A stretch of DNA of 64,000 nt from an uncultured Flavobacteriaceae bacterium (GTDB lineage Bacteria > Bacteroidota > Bacteroidia > Flavobacteriales > Flavobacteriaceae). Shown piece by piece: positions 1 through 8,710 of this stretch (the first letter of the stretch is position 1; every line of letters starts with the position of its first letter). The stretch is taken from positions 86,125 through 150,124 of the forward strand of contig CAYZFD010000001.1 of assembly GCA_964477735.1 (NCBI GenBank). Direction: 5' to 3'. Made by a program: the position numbers and the translations under genes. The notes beneath the pieces are model-generated. The model was not told the DNA's origin. It did not search any database and worked only from the letters and a program-made list of their open reading frames with translations.

Positions 1-779
1 TTGTTAAGGTGCATTCCAGGGGTATAGGAGGTATTTAGTGAAACTGACCAAGATTTTTGTGTAGGAAATTCTTTGGTGATGATATTTACAATTCCACCCG
101 TAAAATCGGCAGGCATATCGGCAGTTGCAGATTTAATCACCAACACATTGTCTAGGATGTTGGTTGGAAATAGATCCATTTGAATGGTATTGCGATCGGG
201 ATCAAGGCCAGGAATATCTACTCCGTTTAAAATCGATTTGGTGTAGCGGTCTCCCAACCCCCTCACAAACACATATTTCCCCCCTTCAACCGAGACTCCT
301 GGAACACTTTTCACGGCAGAAGCGATGTCACTTGCTCCTGTTTTCTTAAAACTTTCGGAAGAAAGCCCATCAAGCAAACTGGCTGATTTTTTTTGAAATG
401 TGAGCACTGCAGATTCTGTATTCTGTCGAGCACTCACAGAAACCACAACTTCGTCCAAACCTTCGGCAAGGACTTCTAAAACAGTATTGATTTCCACAGC
501 CGCATTGGGTTGCACCACCACATCAGTGACTTCGATGGTTTTATAGCCCAAAAACGAAAACGAAAGGGTGTAGGTTCCAGCTTCTAAGACCAGCTCGTAA
601 TGCCCATCAAAATCCGTAGTACCCCCTTGTTCGGTGCCTTTAACCACCACATTAGCAAAAGGGACAGGATCTTGAAAATCAGCATCTGTTACAGTACCAG
701 AAATGATGCCTTGTTGCGCCCATGCCCAATTTTGAAGAAGTAATATGAGGCAAAAACTAATTTTTCTTTTAAAAATCAT
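1..779 (-). CDS. TonB-dependent receptor, N-terminal part (gene continues beyond base 1)
   Basis: My own minus-strand translation from ATG at 779..777 gives MIFKRKISFCLILLLQNWAWAQQ (signal peptide). It continues with GTVTDADFQDPVPFANVVVKGTEQGGTTDFDGHYEL (CarboxypepD_reg-like) and VSVEGGKYVFVRGLGDRYTKSILNG (plug-type motif). It is not in the ORF track because the frame stays open to the window edge. Confidence 0.8.
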   Translation of the reverse strand, partial: MIFKRKISFCLILLLQNWAWAQQGIISGTVTDADFQDPVPFANVVVKGTEQGGTTDFDGHYELVLEAGTYTLSFSFLGYKTIEVTDVVVQPNAAVEINTVLEVLAEGLDEVVVSVSARQNTESAVLTFQKKSASLLDGLSSESFKKTGASDIASAVKSVPGVSVEGGKYVFVRGLGDRYTKSILNGVDIPGLDPDRNTIQMDLFPTNILDNVLVIKSATADMPADFTGGIVNIITKEFPTQKSWSVSLNTSYTPGMHLN

Positions 780-850
780 TATTGGATATTTTTTGCAAAT
801 ATCCCCTTGTGTGTTGTGTTGAATGTAAAGGAAATGTTATGGCTTGGTTA

Positions 851-879
851 AAAAAAACCCAGCTAAATGCTGGGTTTTT
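851..879 (-). terminator. Rho-independent terminator after the lipoprotein gene 901..2121
   Basis: A 10-bp stem aaaacccagc / gctgggtttt (854..863 with 869..878) has a 5-nt loop. A/T runs flank both sides, giving a U-run on the minus-strand transcript. Confidence 0.7.
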
Positions 880-900
880 AGATGTGATTTCAAAGGTTGA

Positions 901-2121
901 TTAAATACCTGAGCGATCTTTAGTGAAGGTCCAAGCAAAATCAGCTAAGTTGGCACCCACAGTAGCTGTAGTTACTGAAGTGGCAAAATCTCCAAATCCA
1001 GTGACTGTAACTGTGGTGGCTTTGTTGACAAAAACTGAGGCTGCAGTTACGCCATTAGGAACTATAATTTCCCAGTTAGAAAAAGTTAATTTTCCACTGT
1101 TGTAGTTTGTTGCAACACCATCATTATCGAGTTCAACATCTTTGCCTGCTGGAAATCCAGAAGCAAACACGTTGTTGCTGGTACCCATTGCATTACTTCT
1201 ATAGTCGGCATATTCACCATCAGCTGTGGTGGCATTTCCAACAAGTGTGATGTTGTTTAGTGTGAATGAACCTTCTGCGGCACCTTCGGGGCCGTCAATT
1301 TCTAATCCATGATCAGACACATCACCTAGCACAACCATTGAATTTGAAACAGTTCCACTATAGGCTTGGTCGATGTCTAAACCATCATCACCCTGTGCCC
1401 AAACCAGCAAGTTTGAAGCATTTACTGTGCCACCAAAGAACTCAATACCATCATCAACATTTCCAACAACTTCAATGTTTTGGATGACAGTTCCAGAACC
1501 AACACCTCCTAATGTTAAGCCATTGATTTCGTTACCTTCTCCAATAAGTGCTCCACCGTGGCGAATAGAAATATACTTCATGGTCCCAGAATTATCAGTG
1601 GGATTACTTCCGCCGTAAAGGCCATTGGTATCAGAAACAGGAATTCCCTCGATTTGGATTTCAGAAACGTCGTTTTTCAGAGAAGCAGGGGCGTTTCCAA
1701 GCACCAGTAAACCTCCCCATAAACCTCGGTTGTTTTGGTTTAGGTTTCCGCCAAACTTTTGACCTACCTGAATATCATCAGCAACTGAGGTCATCACGAT
1801 GGGCTTATCAGCAGTGCCTTGGGCATCAATCTTGGCTCCTCTAGCAATAATGAGTGTGCTGGCATTGGTGCCTGTACCTCCTTCGGCCTTAAGAATAGTT
1901 CCGGCTGGGATGGTCAAAGTAGCCCCATTGGTGACTGTTACACGCCCAGAGATTGTCCAGATGTGATCAGCAGACAAAGTTTTACTTTCTGTAATCTGTC
2001 CTTTAAGCACGTAAGATTCTGTTGTTTGAGTGTCATCAATAACAACGCTATCGTCAGAACAAGCCGTAAAAGCTAGAAATGATAGGGCTATTAAATAGTT
2101 GGTTTTTCGTAACATTTTCAT
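901..2121 (-). CDS. Surface lipoprotein of unknown function, beta-helix-like repeats
   Basis: 406-aa ORF with signal peptide and lipobox (LAFTAC) followed by acidic SDDSVVIDD. It has Gly/Asn/Asp-rich repeated strands (GNVDDGIEFFGG, GDDGLDIDQ, SDHGLEIDGPEG). It lies directly upstream of a TonB-dependent receptor gene. Confidence 0.55.
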   Translation of the reverse strand: MKMLRKTNYLIALSFLAFTACSDDSVVIDDTQTTESYVLKGQITESKTLSADHIWTISGRVTVTNGATLTIPAGTILKAEGGTGTNASTLIIARGAKIDAQGTADKPIVMTSVADDIQVGQKFGGNLNQNNRGLWGGLLVLGNAPASLKNDVSEIQIEGIPVSDTNGLYGGSNPTDNSGTMKYISIRHGGALIGEGNEINGLTLGGVGSGTVIQNIEVVGNVDDGIEFFGGTVNASNLLVWAQGDDGLDIDQAYSGTVSNSMVVLGDVSDHGLEIDGPEGAAEGSFTLNNITLVGNATTADGEYADYRSNAMGTSNNVFASGFPAGKDVELDNDGVATNYNSGKLTFSNWEIIVPNGVTAASVFVNKATTVTVTGFGDFATSVTTATVGANLADFAWTFTKDRSGI

Positions 2122-2261
2122 TGTTTAAATATTTTTCACAAAAAAACCGCATCAATTTAAACTTAGCGTTAGCTTGGGCTTAAGCTTGCATAAATAAAAT
2201 GTTAGGAAATTGTTGCCGACTTTCAATTCGAGTATTCAAACGAAATGCTTAATTTTCACAC

Positions 2262-3584
2262 ATGAATTGGGAACAACTACTTTCGCTAAAAAGGCAAGGC
2301 GACACCTCAAAAAGATTGAGAACCGAACAAGACGAGACACGTAGTGGTTTTGAAGTTGATTATGATCGAATTGTTTTTTCGGCAGCTTTTAGAAGTCTAC
2401 AAGACAAAACCCAGGTGGTCCCCTTGTCCAAAACAGGATTTGTTCACACGCGTCTCACCCACAGTATAGAAGTTTCAGTGGTTGGTCGAAGTTTAGGAAG
2501 AGCTGTGGGGATGGCCTTACTAAAACGTCACCCACACCTCAGAGAATCTTTGGGGTATCACAGTCATGATTTCGGAGCAATTGTTGCCGCAGCCAGTTTG
2601 GCACACGACATTGGGAACCCTCCTTTTGGGCACAGTGGAGAAAAAGCAATAGGAGATTTTTTTAAAAATGGTGCAGGTGCATCTTTCAAAGATCACTTGA
2701 CCCCCAATCAGTTTCAAGATCTATGCAGCTTCGAAGGCAATGCAAACGGATTTAAGATACTAACTGAACATAGAGACGGAATTCCTGGCGGTTTACGCCT
2801 TAGTTATGCCACTTTAGGCGCCTTTACAAAATATCCAAAAAAAGCCCTTCCCCACAAACCCAGTTCTCATGTAGCGCATAAAAAATTTGGTTTTTTTGAT
2901 GCCCAAGCATCCTTTTTTGACGAAGTTGCCATCGAGCTTGGACTTCTCAAAGGCGATGGCACCTACCATAGACATCCGTTGGCTTTTTTGGTAGAAGCGG
3001 CGGATGACATTTGCTACACCCTCATAGACTTTGAAGACGGCATTAATTTGGGTTGGATTTCTGAAGATTATGCATTAGAATATCTCATCAAACTTGTTAA
3101 AAACAACATTGACCGCGACAAATACAACGCCCTCACCCAAACCGCAGACCGTGTGGCCTACCTTAGGGCTTTGTCGATTAGCACGCTTATCGAAGACGCC
3201 ACAAAAATTTTCCTTGACCATGAAGATGAAATCTTAAAAGGAAATTTCGACTGCGCTTTGATGGATAAAAGTGCCTATAAAGCACAAATGCGAGACATCA
3301 TTGACATCAGCATTCAAAAAGTTTATCAATCTGAAGAGGTGTTGCAAAAAGAGTTAAAAGGATATCGTTCACTTCATACCCTATTGGATCTTTTTGTAAA
3401 TGCTACTATCCATTCGGGCCAAAACAAATGCACAGTTTTCGATAACTTAATTCTAGCTTTTTTGCCCCCCGAACACAAGAATGAATCTTGGGGTACTTAC
3501 CAAAGGTTATTAGGAGCAAGTTCTTTTGTGGCTAGTTTAACCGACGGAAAAGTTTTTGAATGGCATCAGAAAATGGCAGGTTAA
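2262..3584 (+). CDS. dgt: dGTP triphosphohydrolase-family HD-domain protein
   Basis: 440-aa ORF with HD-domain motifs HTRLTHSIEV, LAHDIGNPPFGHSGE and VEAADDICY. Confidence 0.85.
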   Translation: MNWEQLLSLKRQGDTSKRLRTEQDETRSGFEVDYDRIVFSAAFRSLQDKTQVVPLSKTGFVHTRLTHSIEVSVVGRSLGRAVGMALLKRHPHLRESLGYHSHDFGAIVAAASLAHDIGNPPFGHSGEKAIGDFFKNGAGASFKDHLTPNQFQDLCSFEGNANGFKILTEHRDGIPGGLRLSYATLGAFTKYPKKALPHKPSSHVAHKKFGFFDAQASFFDEVAIELGLLKGDGTYHRHPLAFLVEAADDICYTLIDFEDGINLGWISEDYALEYLIKLVKNNIDRDKYNALTQTADRVAYLRALSISTLIEDATKIFLDHEDEILKGNFDCALMDKSAYKAQMRDIIDISIQKVYQSEEVLQKELKGYRSLHTLLDLFVNATIHSGQNKCTVFDNLILAFLPPEHKNESWGTYQRLLGASSFVASLTDGKVFEWHQKMAG

Positions 3585-5278
3585 ACCAGTTTCAGTAAAA
3601 AATCACAAATTTGTTGGATAGCCAACCCAGCTTCTTGGCGTTGTTCCTCAACACTAGCTTGTTCTATAAAAGGATTGGCCACTCCAAGCAAGTGTATGTT
3701 GTTGTGCTGCTTATTTTGTTGTGCCCATTCCAGTATGGCACTACCTGCACCAGCAGCCAAAACGCCTTCTTCAACCACAACCACAGTTGCATAATCCGTG
3801 AAAAGATCGCTGAGCAACTGGTCGTCTAGTGGTACTATAAAGCCTAAATCATAATGTCCAAAAAGGAAATCGTTTTTAAGTTTTTCTAAAGCTTTCTGGA
3901 CCTGATGTGCCATAGTGCCCACACTTATCACTGCCACTTGAGTTCCCTTTTTAAGGCAGCTCCCTTTTCCAAATTCGAGTTTCTGAAAAGTGTTGTTACA
4001 AACCGCTTGAAGCACTTTTCCTCGTGGGTAACGAATGGCTATTGGTCCTTGAGTAAACTGAGCTGTATAGAGCAGATTTTGAAGTACTTCATGATTGCGT
4101 GGTGCTGCTATTACCAGGTTAGGAATTGCTCTGAGCTGTGCCATATCAAAAAGACCATGATGCGTTGCACCATCCTCACCCACAAAACCTGCCCGATCCA
4201 AACAAAAAACAACGGGAAGATTTTGTAGGCAAACATCGTGAATGACTTGGTCGTAGGCCCTTTGTAGGAAAGTGGCATAAATAAAACAATAGGGAATCAT
4301 ACCTTCGGCAGCCATCCCAGCAGCCATAGTGACGGCATGTTGCTCTGCGATTCCAACATCATAAGTTCTTAGCGGAAATTTCTTTTGCATTTCCTTAAGC
4401 CCACTCCCTTCAATCATAGCCGGACTGATGGCCACGATTTTTTCATTTTCAGCGGCCAATTTCACCATAGTTGCTCCAACAACAGACTGAAAGCTACTGC
4501 TTATTGATTTTTCAATTTTATTGGTTTCATCTTCGACTCCGGTTTTATGGGTTCTAACATGCACCACGCGAGGCTTAGAAAGTTTTAGTGCTTTGTTTAG
4601 CATCGCAATAATGGCTGGCAAATCTGTCCCATCAACAGGCCCCAAATAATCAATATTAAGACTTTCAAAAAACTGAGGAATGGCATCTTGTTTGGCCAAA
4701 GCATCGAAATGATGTCGCAAGGCACCCACACTGGGTTCTATGCCGAAGGCATTATCATTTAAAACAATGAGAACATTGGCTTGGCAATCGCCTAAAAAAT
4801 TTAAAGCTTCGAAAGCCATTCCTCCAACAATAGAGGCATCTCCAATCACTGCAATATGTTGTTTCTTTTCTTTTTTGAGGGCGCTACTAAGCGCCATTCC
4901 TGTTATGGCCGAAAGGCTGGTAGAGGCATGACCAGCACCAAATGGATCAAAGGCACTTTCGGTTTTTTTGGTGAAACCACTCAAGCCATTTTTTTGACGA
5001 ATGTTACCAAAATCTGAAAAACGACCCGTGAGGAGCTTGTGCGCATAAGCTTGGTGGCCAACATCCCATATAAGGTTGTCATGGGGGGTGTTAGAACAAT
5101 AATGCAAAGCAATGCTTAACTCAACAACTGCGAGGCTAGATTGTCTATGGCCGGCTTTTAGATTTGGGTTTTGGTGAAGTGTATGCTTAATTTCCTGGGC
5201 GAGCTGAAGCAAATCTAATACCGACCAACTTCGAAGAATTTCGGGTTTTGAGAGTTGTGGAAGGAATTTTAGCTTCAT
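3581..5278 (-). CDS. dxs: 1-deoxy-D-xylulose-5-phosphate synthase
   Basis: 565-aa ORF with DNLIWDVGHQAYAHKLLTGR, TPP-binding GDASIVGGMAFEALN...LNDN, AEQHAVTMAAGMA and DRAGFVGEDGATHHG. It is convergent with dgt, with a 4-nt overlap. Confidence 0.85.
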   Translation of the reverse strand: MKLKFLPQLSKPEILRSWSVLDLLQLAQEIKHTLHQNPNLKAGHRQSSLAVVELSIALHYCSNTPHDNLIWDVGHQAYAHKLLTGRFSDFGNIRQKNGLSGFTKKTESAFDPFGAGHASTSLSAITGMALSSALKKEKKQHIAVIGDASIVGGMAFEALNFLGDCQANVLIVLNDNAFGIEPSVGALRHHFDALAKQDAIPQFFESLNIDYLGPVDGTDLPAIIAMLNKALKLSKPRVVHVRTHKTGVEDETNKIEKSISSSFQSVVGATMVKLAAENEKIVAISPAMIEGSGLKEMQKKFPLRTYDVGIAEQHAVTMAAGMAAEGMIPYCFIYATFLQRAYDQVIHDVCLQNLPVVFCLDRAGFVGEDGATHHGLFDMAQLRAIPNLVIAAPRNHEVLQNLLYTAQFTQGPIAIRYPRGKVLQAVCNNTFQKLEFGKGSCLKKGTQVAVISVGTMAHQVQKALEKLKNDFLFGHYDLGFIVPLDDQLLSDLFTDYATVVVVEEGVLAAGAGSAILEWAQQNKQHNNIHLLGVANPFIEQASVEEQRQEAGLAIQQICDFLLKLV

Positions 5279-5327
5279 GTAGCAAATGTACGAGTTGAGT
5301 TTGTATTTTTAGAGCCAATAAAACAAC

Positions 5328-5780
5328 ATGGCAGATATTTTAGATCCTTTCGACGACGTTTATTTTATGCGTAAAGCATTAGACGAGGCTAAAAAGGCTT
5401 TCGACAGGGGAGAGGTTCCGATTGGTGCCGTGATTGTGGCCAACAACCAAATTATTGCTCGGTCTCATAACCTCACAGAAGCACTCAATGATGTCACTGC
5501 TCATGCAGAAATGCAAGCCATCACTGCCGCTGCCAACTATTTGGGTGGAAAATATTTAACAGACTGTTGTTTGTATGTCAGTTTAGAACCTTGTCCGATG
5601 TGTGCAGGAGCATTATTTTGGAGCCAAATTTCTAGGGTAGTTTATGGAGCAAAAGACCTACGAAGAAGTCGTGAGGTGAAAGGGCTGGAATATCACTCTA
5701 AAACCATTGTCGAAGGGGGAGTGATGGCAAAAGAAAGTTCAGATTTGTTGAATCTTTTTTTTGAAAACAAAAGAAAATAA
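5328..5780 (+). CDS. tadA: tRNA-specific adenosine deaminase
   Basis: 150-aa ORF with CDA zinc motifs HAEMQAI and PCPMCAGA. Its size is typical of TadA. Confidence 0.85.
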   Translation: MADILDPFDDVYFMRKALDEAKKAFDRGEVPIGAVIVANNQIIARSHNLTEALNDVTAHAEMQAITAAANYLGGKYLTDCCLYVSLEPCPMCAGALFWSQISRVVYGAKDLRRSREVKGLEYHSKTIVEGGVMAKESSDLLNLFFENKRK

Positions 5781-5781
5781 A

Positions 5782-5806
5782 AAACCCTCGCAAGCTGCAA
5801 GGGTTT
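5782..5806. terminator. Hairpin terminator between convergent tadA and csp genes
   Basis: Stem aaaccct(c)gc / gc(a)agggttt with loop aagct. The minus-strand transcript (csp) continues into a U-rich run (complement of aataaaaa at 5774..5781). Confidence 0.6.
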
Positions 5807-5828
5807 GTTGTTTAAAAATAAAATATTC

Positions 5829-6023
5829 TCAGTTGAGGCGCTGAATGTCTGTGGCCATTTTGCCTTTTCTTCCTTCTGCTTCAGAGTATTCTACTTTGTC
5901 TCCTTCTTCAATACGCAATCCGTCTAAAGAAGTAACATGAACGAAGATGTCTTCGCCCGTTTCATCGTTGGTTATGAATCCGAAACCTTTGGATCCATTA
6001 AAAAATTTAACTGTACCAGTCAT
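5829..6023 (-). CDS. Cold-shock protein, CspA family
   Basis: 64-aa ORF MTGTVKFFNGSKGFGFI... with the RNP-1 motif KGFGFI and RNP-2-like FVHV. Confidence 0.9.
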   Translation of the reverse strand: MTGTVKFFNGSKGFGFITNDETGEDIFVHVTSLDGLRIEEGDKVEYSEAEGRKGKMATDIQRLN

Positions 6024-6065
6024 GTAAATAAAATAAATTAAAGCGCAAATGTAGGGATTAAAAAG

Positions 6066-6344
6066 TTAGGAATTCCTTTTATCTGACTTTTTATTTTTTT
6101 TATTCTCTTTGAAATTCAATGAGTTAGACATTTCTTCCCATTTCTCGGCGTCCATTATGTAGTCATTAAGCTTTCTTTTTTTTGACCTATCGTATAAAAA
6201 CAAGGGCATGAGTACGAATGAAAATCCCAAAACGCTCAACCCAACCACCTTTGCGCCAAGTATTGGGTTAGTTCCTTTGATGACTAGGCCAACGCCAATT
6301 CCCAGAAAAATAATCACTGTTAAAAAAGGGAGAAATACCTTCAA
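6066..6344 (-). CDS. Small membrane protein, unknown function
   Basis: 92-aa ORF with two hydrophobic segments and a Lys-rich C-terminal tail. It sits between aspS and csp on the same strand. Confidence 0.5.
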   Translation of the reverse strand: MKVFLPFLTVIIFLGIGVGLVIKGTNPILGAKVVGLSVLGFSFVLMPLFLYDRSKKRKLNDYIMDAEKWEEMSNSLNFKENKKNKKSDKRNS

Positions 6345-6353
6345 AGATTTAGA

Positions 6354-8102
6354 TTAGGATTTTATGTTAAGGTTCAATTCTTCGAGCTGAGCACCATCGA
6401 GAGGCGCGGGGGCATCAATCATAACATCTCTTCCACTGTTGTTTTTAGGAAACGCAATATAGTCTCTGATGCTTTCCCTACCGTCGAGAATGGCCACGAG
6501 TCTGTCTAAACCAAAGGCAATACCTCCATGTGGGGGAGCGCCATAGCGAAAAGCCTCCATTAAAAACCCAAATTGGTTTTGAGCCTCTTGTTCGCTAAAA
6601 CCTAACAAATCAAACATTTGCTTTTGAAGCCATTGGTCATGAATTCTTATAGAACCTCCGCCAATTTCGTTTCCATTGAGGACCAAATCGTAGGCGTTGG
6701 CTTTAACTTCATTTGGCCGATCCTTTAACAAGGGGATTTGATCGGGTTTTGGGGCTGTGAAAGGGTGGTGCATGGCATGGAAGCGCTTGAGTTCTTCGTC
6801 CCATTCTAATAGGGGAAAATCCACGACCCAGAGTGGGGCAAACTGATTGGGATTCCGAAGGTTTAATGATTCTGCCAAGGCCATTCTTAGTGCAGAAAGT
6901 TGTGTTCGTGTTTGGTTTAATCCTCCAGCCATTACAAAAATAAGGTCGCCAGGTTTTGCTTCAGCTTTATGAGTCCAAGCTTCTAGGGCCTTTTGGTCAT
7001 AAAACTTGTCAACCGATGATTTGATGCTTTCATCTTTGTTATAACGCACCCACATAAGGCCTTTGGCTCCAATTTGTGGGCGCTTAACCCATTCTGTCCA
7101 ATGGTCGATTTCTTTTCGGGTGAAGGCAGCTCCATTGGGCACAGCGATGCCTAAAACGACTTCTTGTTGGTCAACCACTGCAAATCCTTTCCCTTGTGCC
7201 AAAATGGAGAGATCTCGAAGTTCCATTCCAAAACGAATATCGGGTTTGTCATTTCCAAAACGCGACATGGCTTCATCATAGCTCATTCTTGGAAAAGGAC
7301 CTACCTCAACATTTTTTAAGGTTTTTAACAGGTGTCGGGTGAGGCCTTCAAAAGTTTCTAGAATATCATCTTGTTCTACAAAAGCCATCTCGCAGTCGAT
7401 TTGGGTAAATTCGGGTTGTCGGTCGGCCCGTAAGTCTTCGTCTCTAAAACACTTAACAATCTGGAAATATCGATCCATACCGCCTACCATCAGCAGTTGT
7501 TTAAAGGTTTGTGGGGATTGTGGTAAGGCATAAAACTGTCCAGCATTCATTCTCGAAGGCACCACAAAATCACGTGCCCCTTCTGGGGTTGATTTAATTA
7601 AATAAGGGGTTTCGATTTCTGAAAAACCTAAATCAGACAGGTAGTTTCTAACCCCCATAGCCACCTTATGTCTAAACAACAATTTGTTTTTGATGGGGTT
7701 GCGACGGATGTCTAAATAGCGATATTTCATCCTTAAGTCTTCGCCTCCATCGGTTTCGTTTTCAATCGTAAAAGGGGGTGTGAGTGCCTGATTTAAAACC
7801 GTTAAATTTTCAACCAAAACTTCAACATCGCCCGTTTGAATGTCTTTGTTTTTGGATTCTCTTTCAATGACAACGCCTTCCACTTGAACAACAAATTCGC
7901 GCCCCAAATTTTTAGCTTGCTCTAGCACTTTTTGAGAACTGCGTTCAGCATCAAAAATCAGTTGGGTTATGCCATATCGATCGCGCAAATCTACCCATAC
8001 CACAAAACCTTTATCTCTAATTTTTTGAACCCAACCCGAAAGCACAACCTTTTGGTTTAAGTGCTGAATTCGGAGTTCGCCACATGAATGACTGCGCAAC
8101 AT
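6354..8102 (-). CDS. aspS: Aspartate--tRNA ligase
   Basis: 582-aa ORF with class II motifs [26 protein letters not shown] and [10 protein letters not shown]. Confidence 0.95.
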   Translation of the reverse strand: MLRSHSCGELRIQHLNQKVVLSGWVQKIRDKGFVVWVDLRDRYGITQLIFDAERSSQKVLEQAKNLGREFVVQVEGVVIERESKNKDIQTGDVEVLVENLTVLNQALTPPFTIENETDGGEDLRMKYRYLDIRRNPIKNKLLFRHKVAMGVRNYLSDLGFSEIETPYLIKSTPEGARDFVVPSRMNAGQFYALPQSPQTFKQLLMVGGMDRYFQIVKCFRDEDLRADRQPEFTQIDCEMAFVEQDDILETFEGLTRHLLKTLKNVEVGPFPRMSYDEAMSRFGNDKPDIRFGMELRDLSILAQGKGFAVVDQQEVVLGIAVPNGAAFTRKEIDHWTEWVKRPQIGAKGLMWVRYNKDESIKSSVDKFYDQKALEAWTHKAEAKPGDLIFVMAGGLNQTRTQLSALRMALAESLNLRNPNQFAPLWVVDFPLLEWDEELKRFHAMHHPFTAPKPDQIPLLKDRPNEVKANAYDLVLNGNEIGGGSIRIHDQWLQKQMFDLLGFSEQEAQNQFGFLMEAFRYGAPPHGGIAFGLDRLVAILDGRESIRDYIAFPKNNSGRDVMIDAPAPLDGAQLEELNLNIKS

Positions 8103-8313
8103 AATGTCTTAGTTTGAAGCCGTAAAAATACGAAGATTGTGTCTTCTAAGATCTATATATGTATACAAACTGGGGCTATTGAATCATATTTATAAAACAA
8201 ACAAGTATTTATAAATCAATGAGTTAATGCTGCAATGTAAAATTAATGTTAAGAAAATGTTTGAAAATAGTTAATTATGGCTTAAATTGGACGTGAATTT
8301 AATTCTACGAAAC

Positions 8314-8661
8314 ATGAAAAATTTATTTTTTACACTAGCTCTTTTTAGTAGTATGGCGCTATTTTCTCAGCATACGACTCAGGTCGAAGACCTATCAGAT
8401 GGTCTTCGAAAAATAACTACTTTTTATGAAGACGGTACCGTAAATCAAATAGGTTACATGAAGAACAGCAAACTTCATGGGGAGTGGAAATCTTTTGCGC
8501 AAGATGGCAGCAAACAAACCGTTGGTTATTTCGAGAATGGTCGAAAGCAAGGCAAATGGTTTTTTTGGAAAAAAGATGTTTTAAAAGAGGTAGATTTTAA
8601 AGACAATAAAGCTGTTTCGGTGATTGAATGGAATAGCCAAAATGCCTTGGCCACGAAGTAA
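8314..8661 (+). CDS. Secreted MORN-variant-repeat protein (YwqK-like), unknown function
   Basis: The ORF track starts at a TTG at 8287. The ATG at 8314 gives the signal peptide MKNLFFTLALFSSMALFSQ. Repeats GEWKSFAQDGSKQTVGYFENGRKQGKWFFW resemble MORN variant repeats. Confidence 0.55.
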   Translation: MKNLFFTLALFSSMALFSQHTTQVEDLSDGLRKITTFYEDGTVNQIGYMKNSKLHGEWKSFAQDGSKQTVGYFENGRKQGKWFFWKKDVLKEVDFKDNKAVSVIEWNSQNALATK

Positions 8662-8680
8662 TTATTTATAAATATAGTTT

Positions 8681-8710
8681 AAGCCACGCCAATTTGGCGT
8701 GGCTTTTTTT
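8681..8710 (+). terminator. Strong rho-independent terminator
   Basis: A 10-bp GC-rich stem aagccacgcc / ggcgtggctt has loop aattt and is followed by a T-run (8704..8710). The T-run overlaps the stop codon of the convergent RND gene. Confidence 0.8.

Noticed and set aside
231-238. AATCGATT core identical to the centre of the putative LacI operator
   Set aside because: It lies inside the TonB-dependent receptor coding region. Its flanks (TAAAATCGATTTGG) lack the TG...CA arms, and it is far from the pectin locus, so it is probably a chance occurrence.
3581-5278. The Dxs homologue is short (565 aa) and has GDAS instead of the usual GDG(A/S) in the TPP motif
   Set aside because: The other DXS hallmarks are intact, and the missing residues fall in the variable linker. 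Without an alignment to Flavobacteriia Dxs sequences, I cannot say this is unusual.
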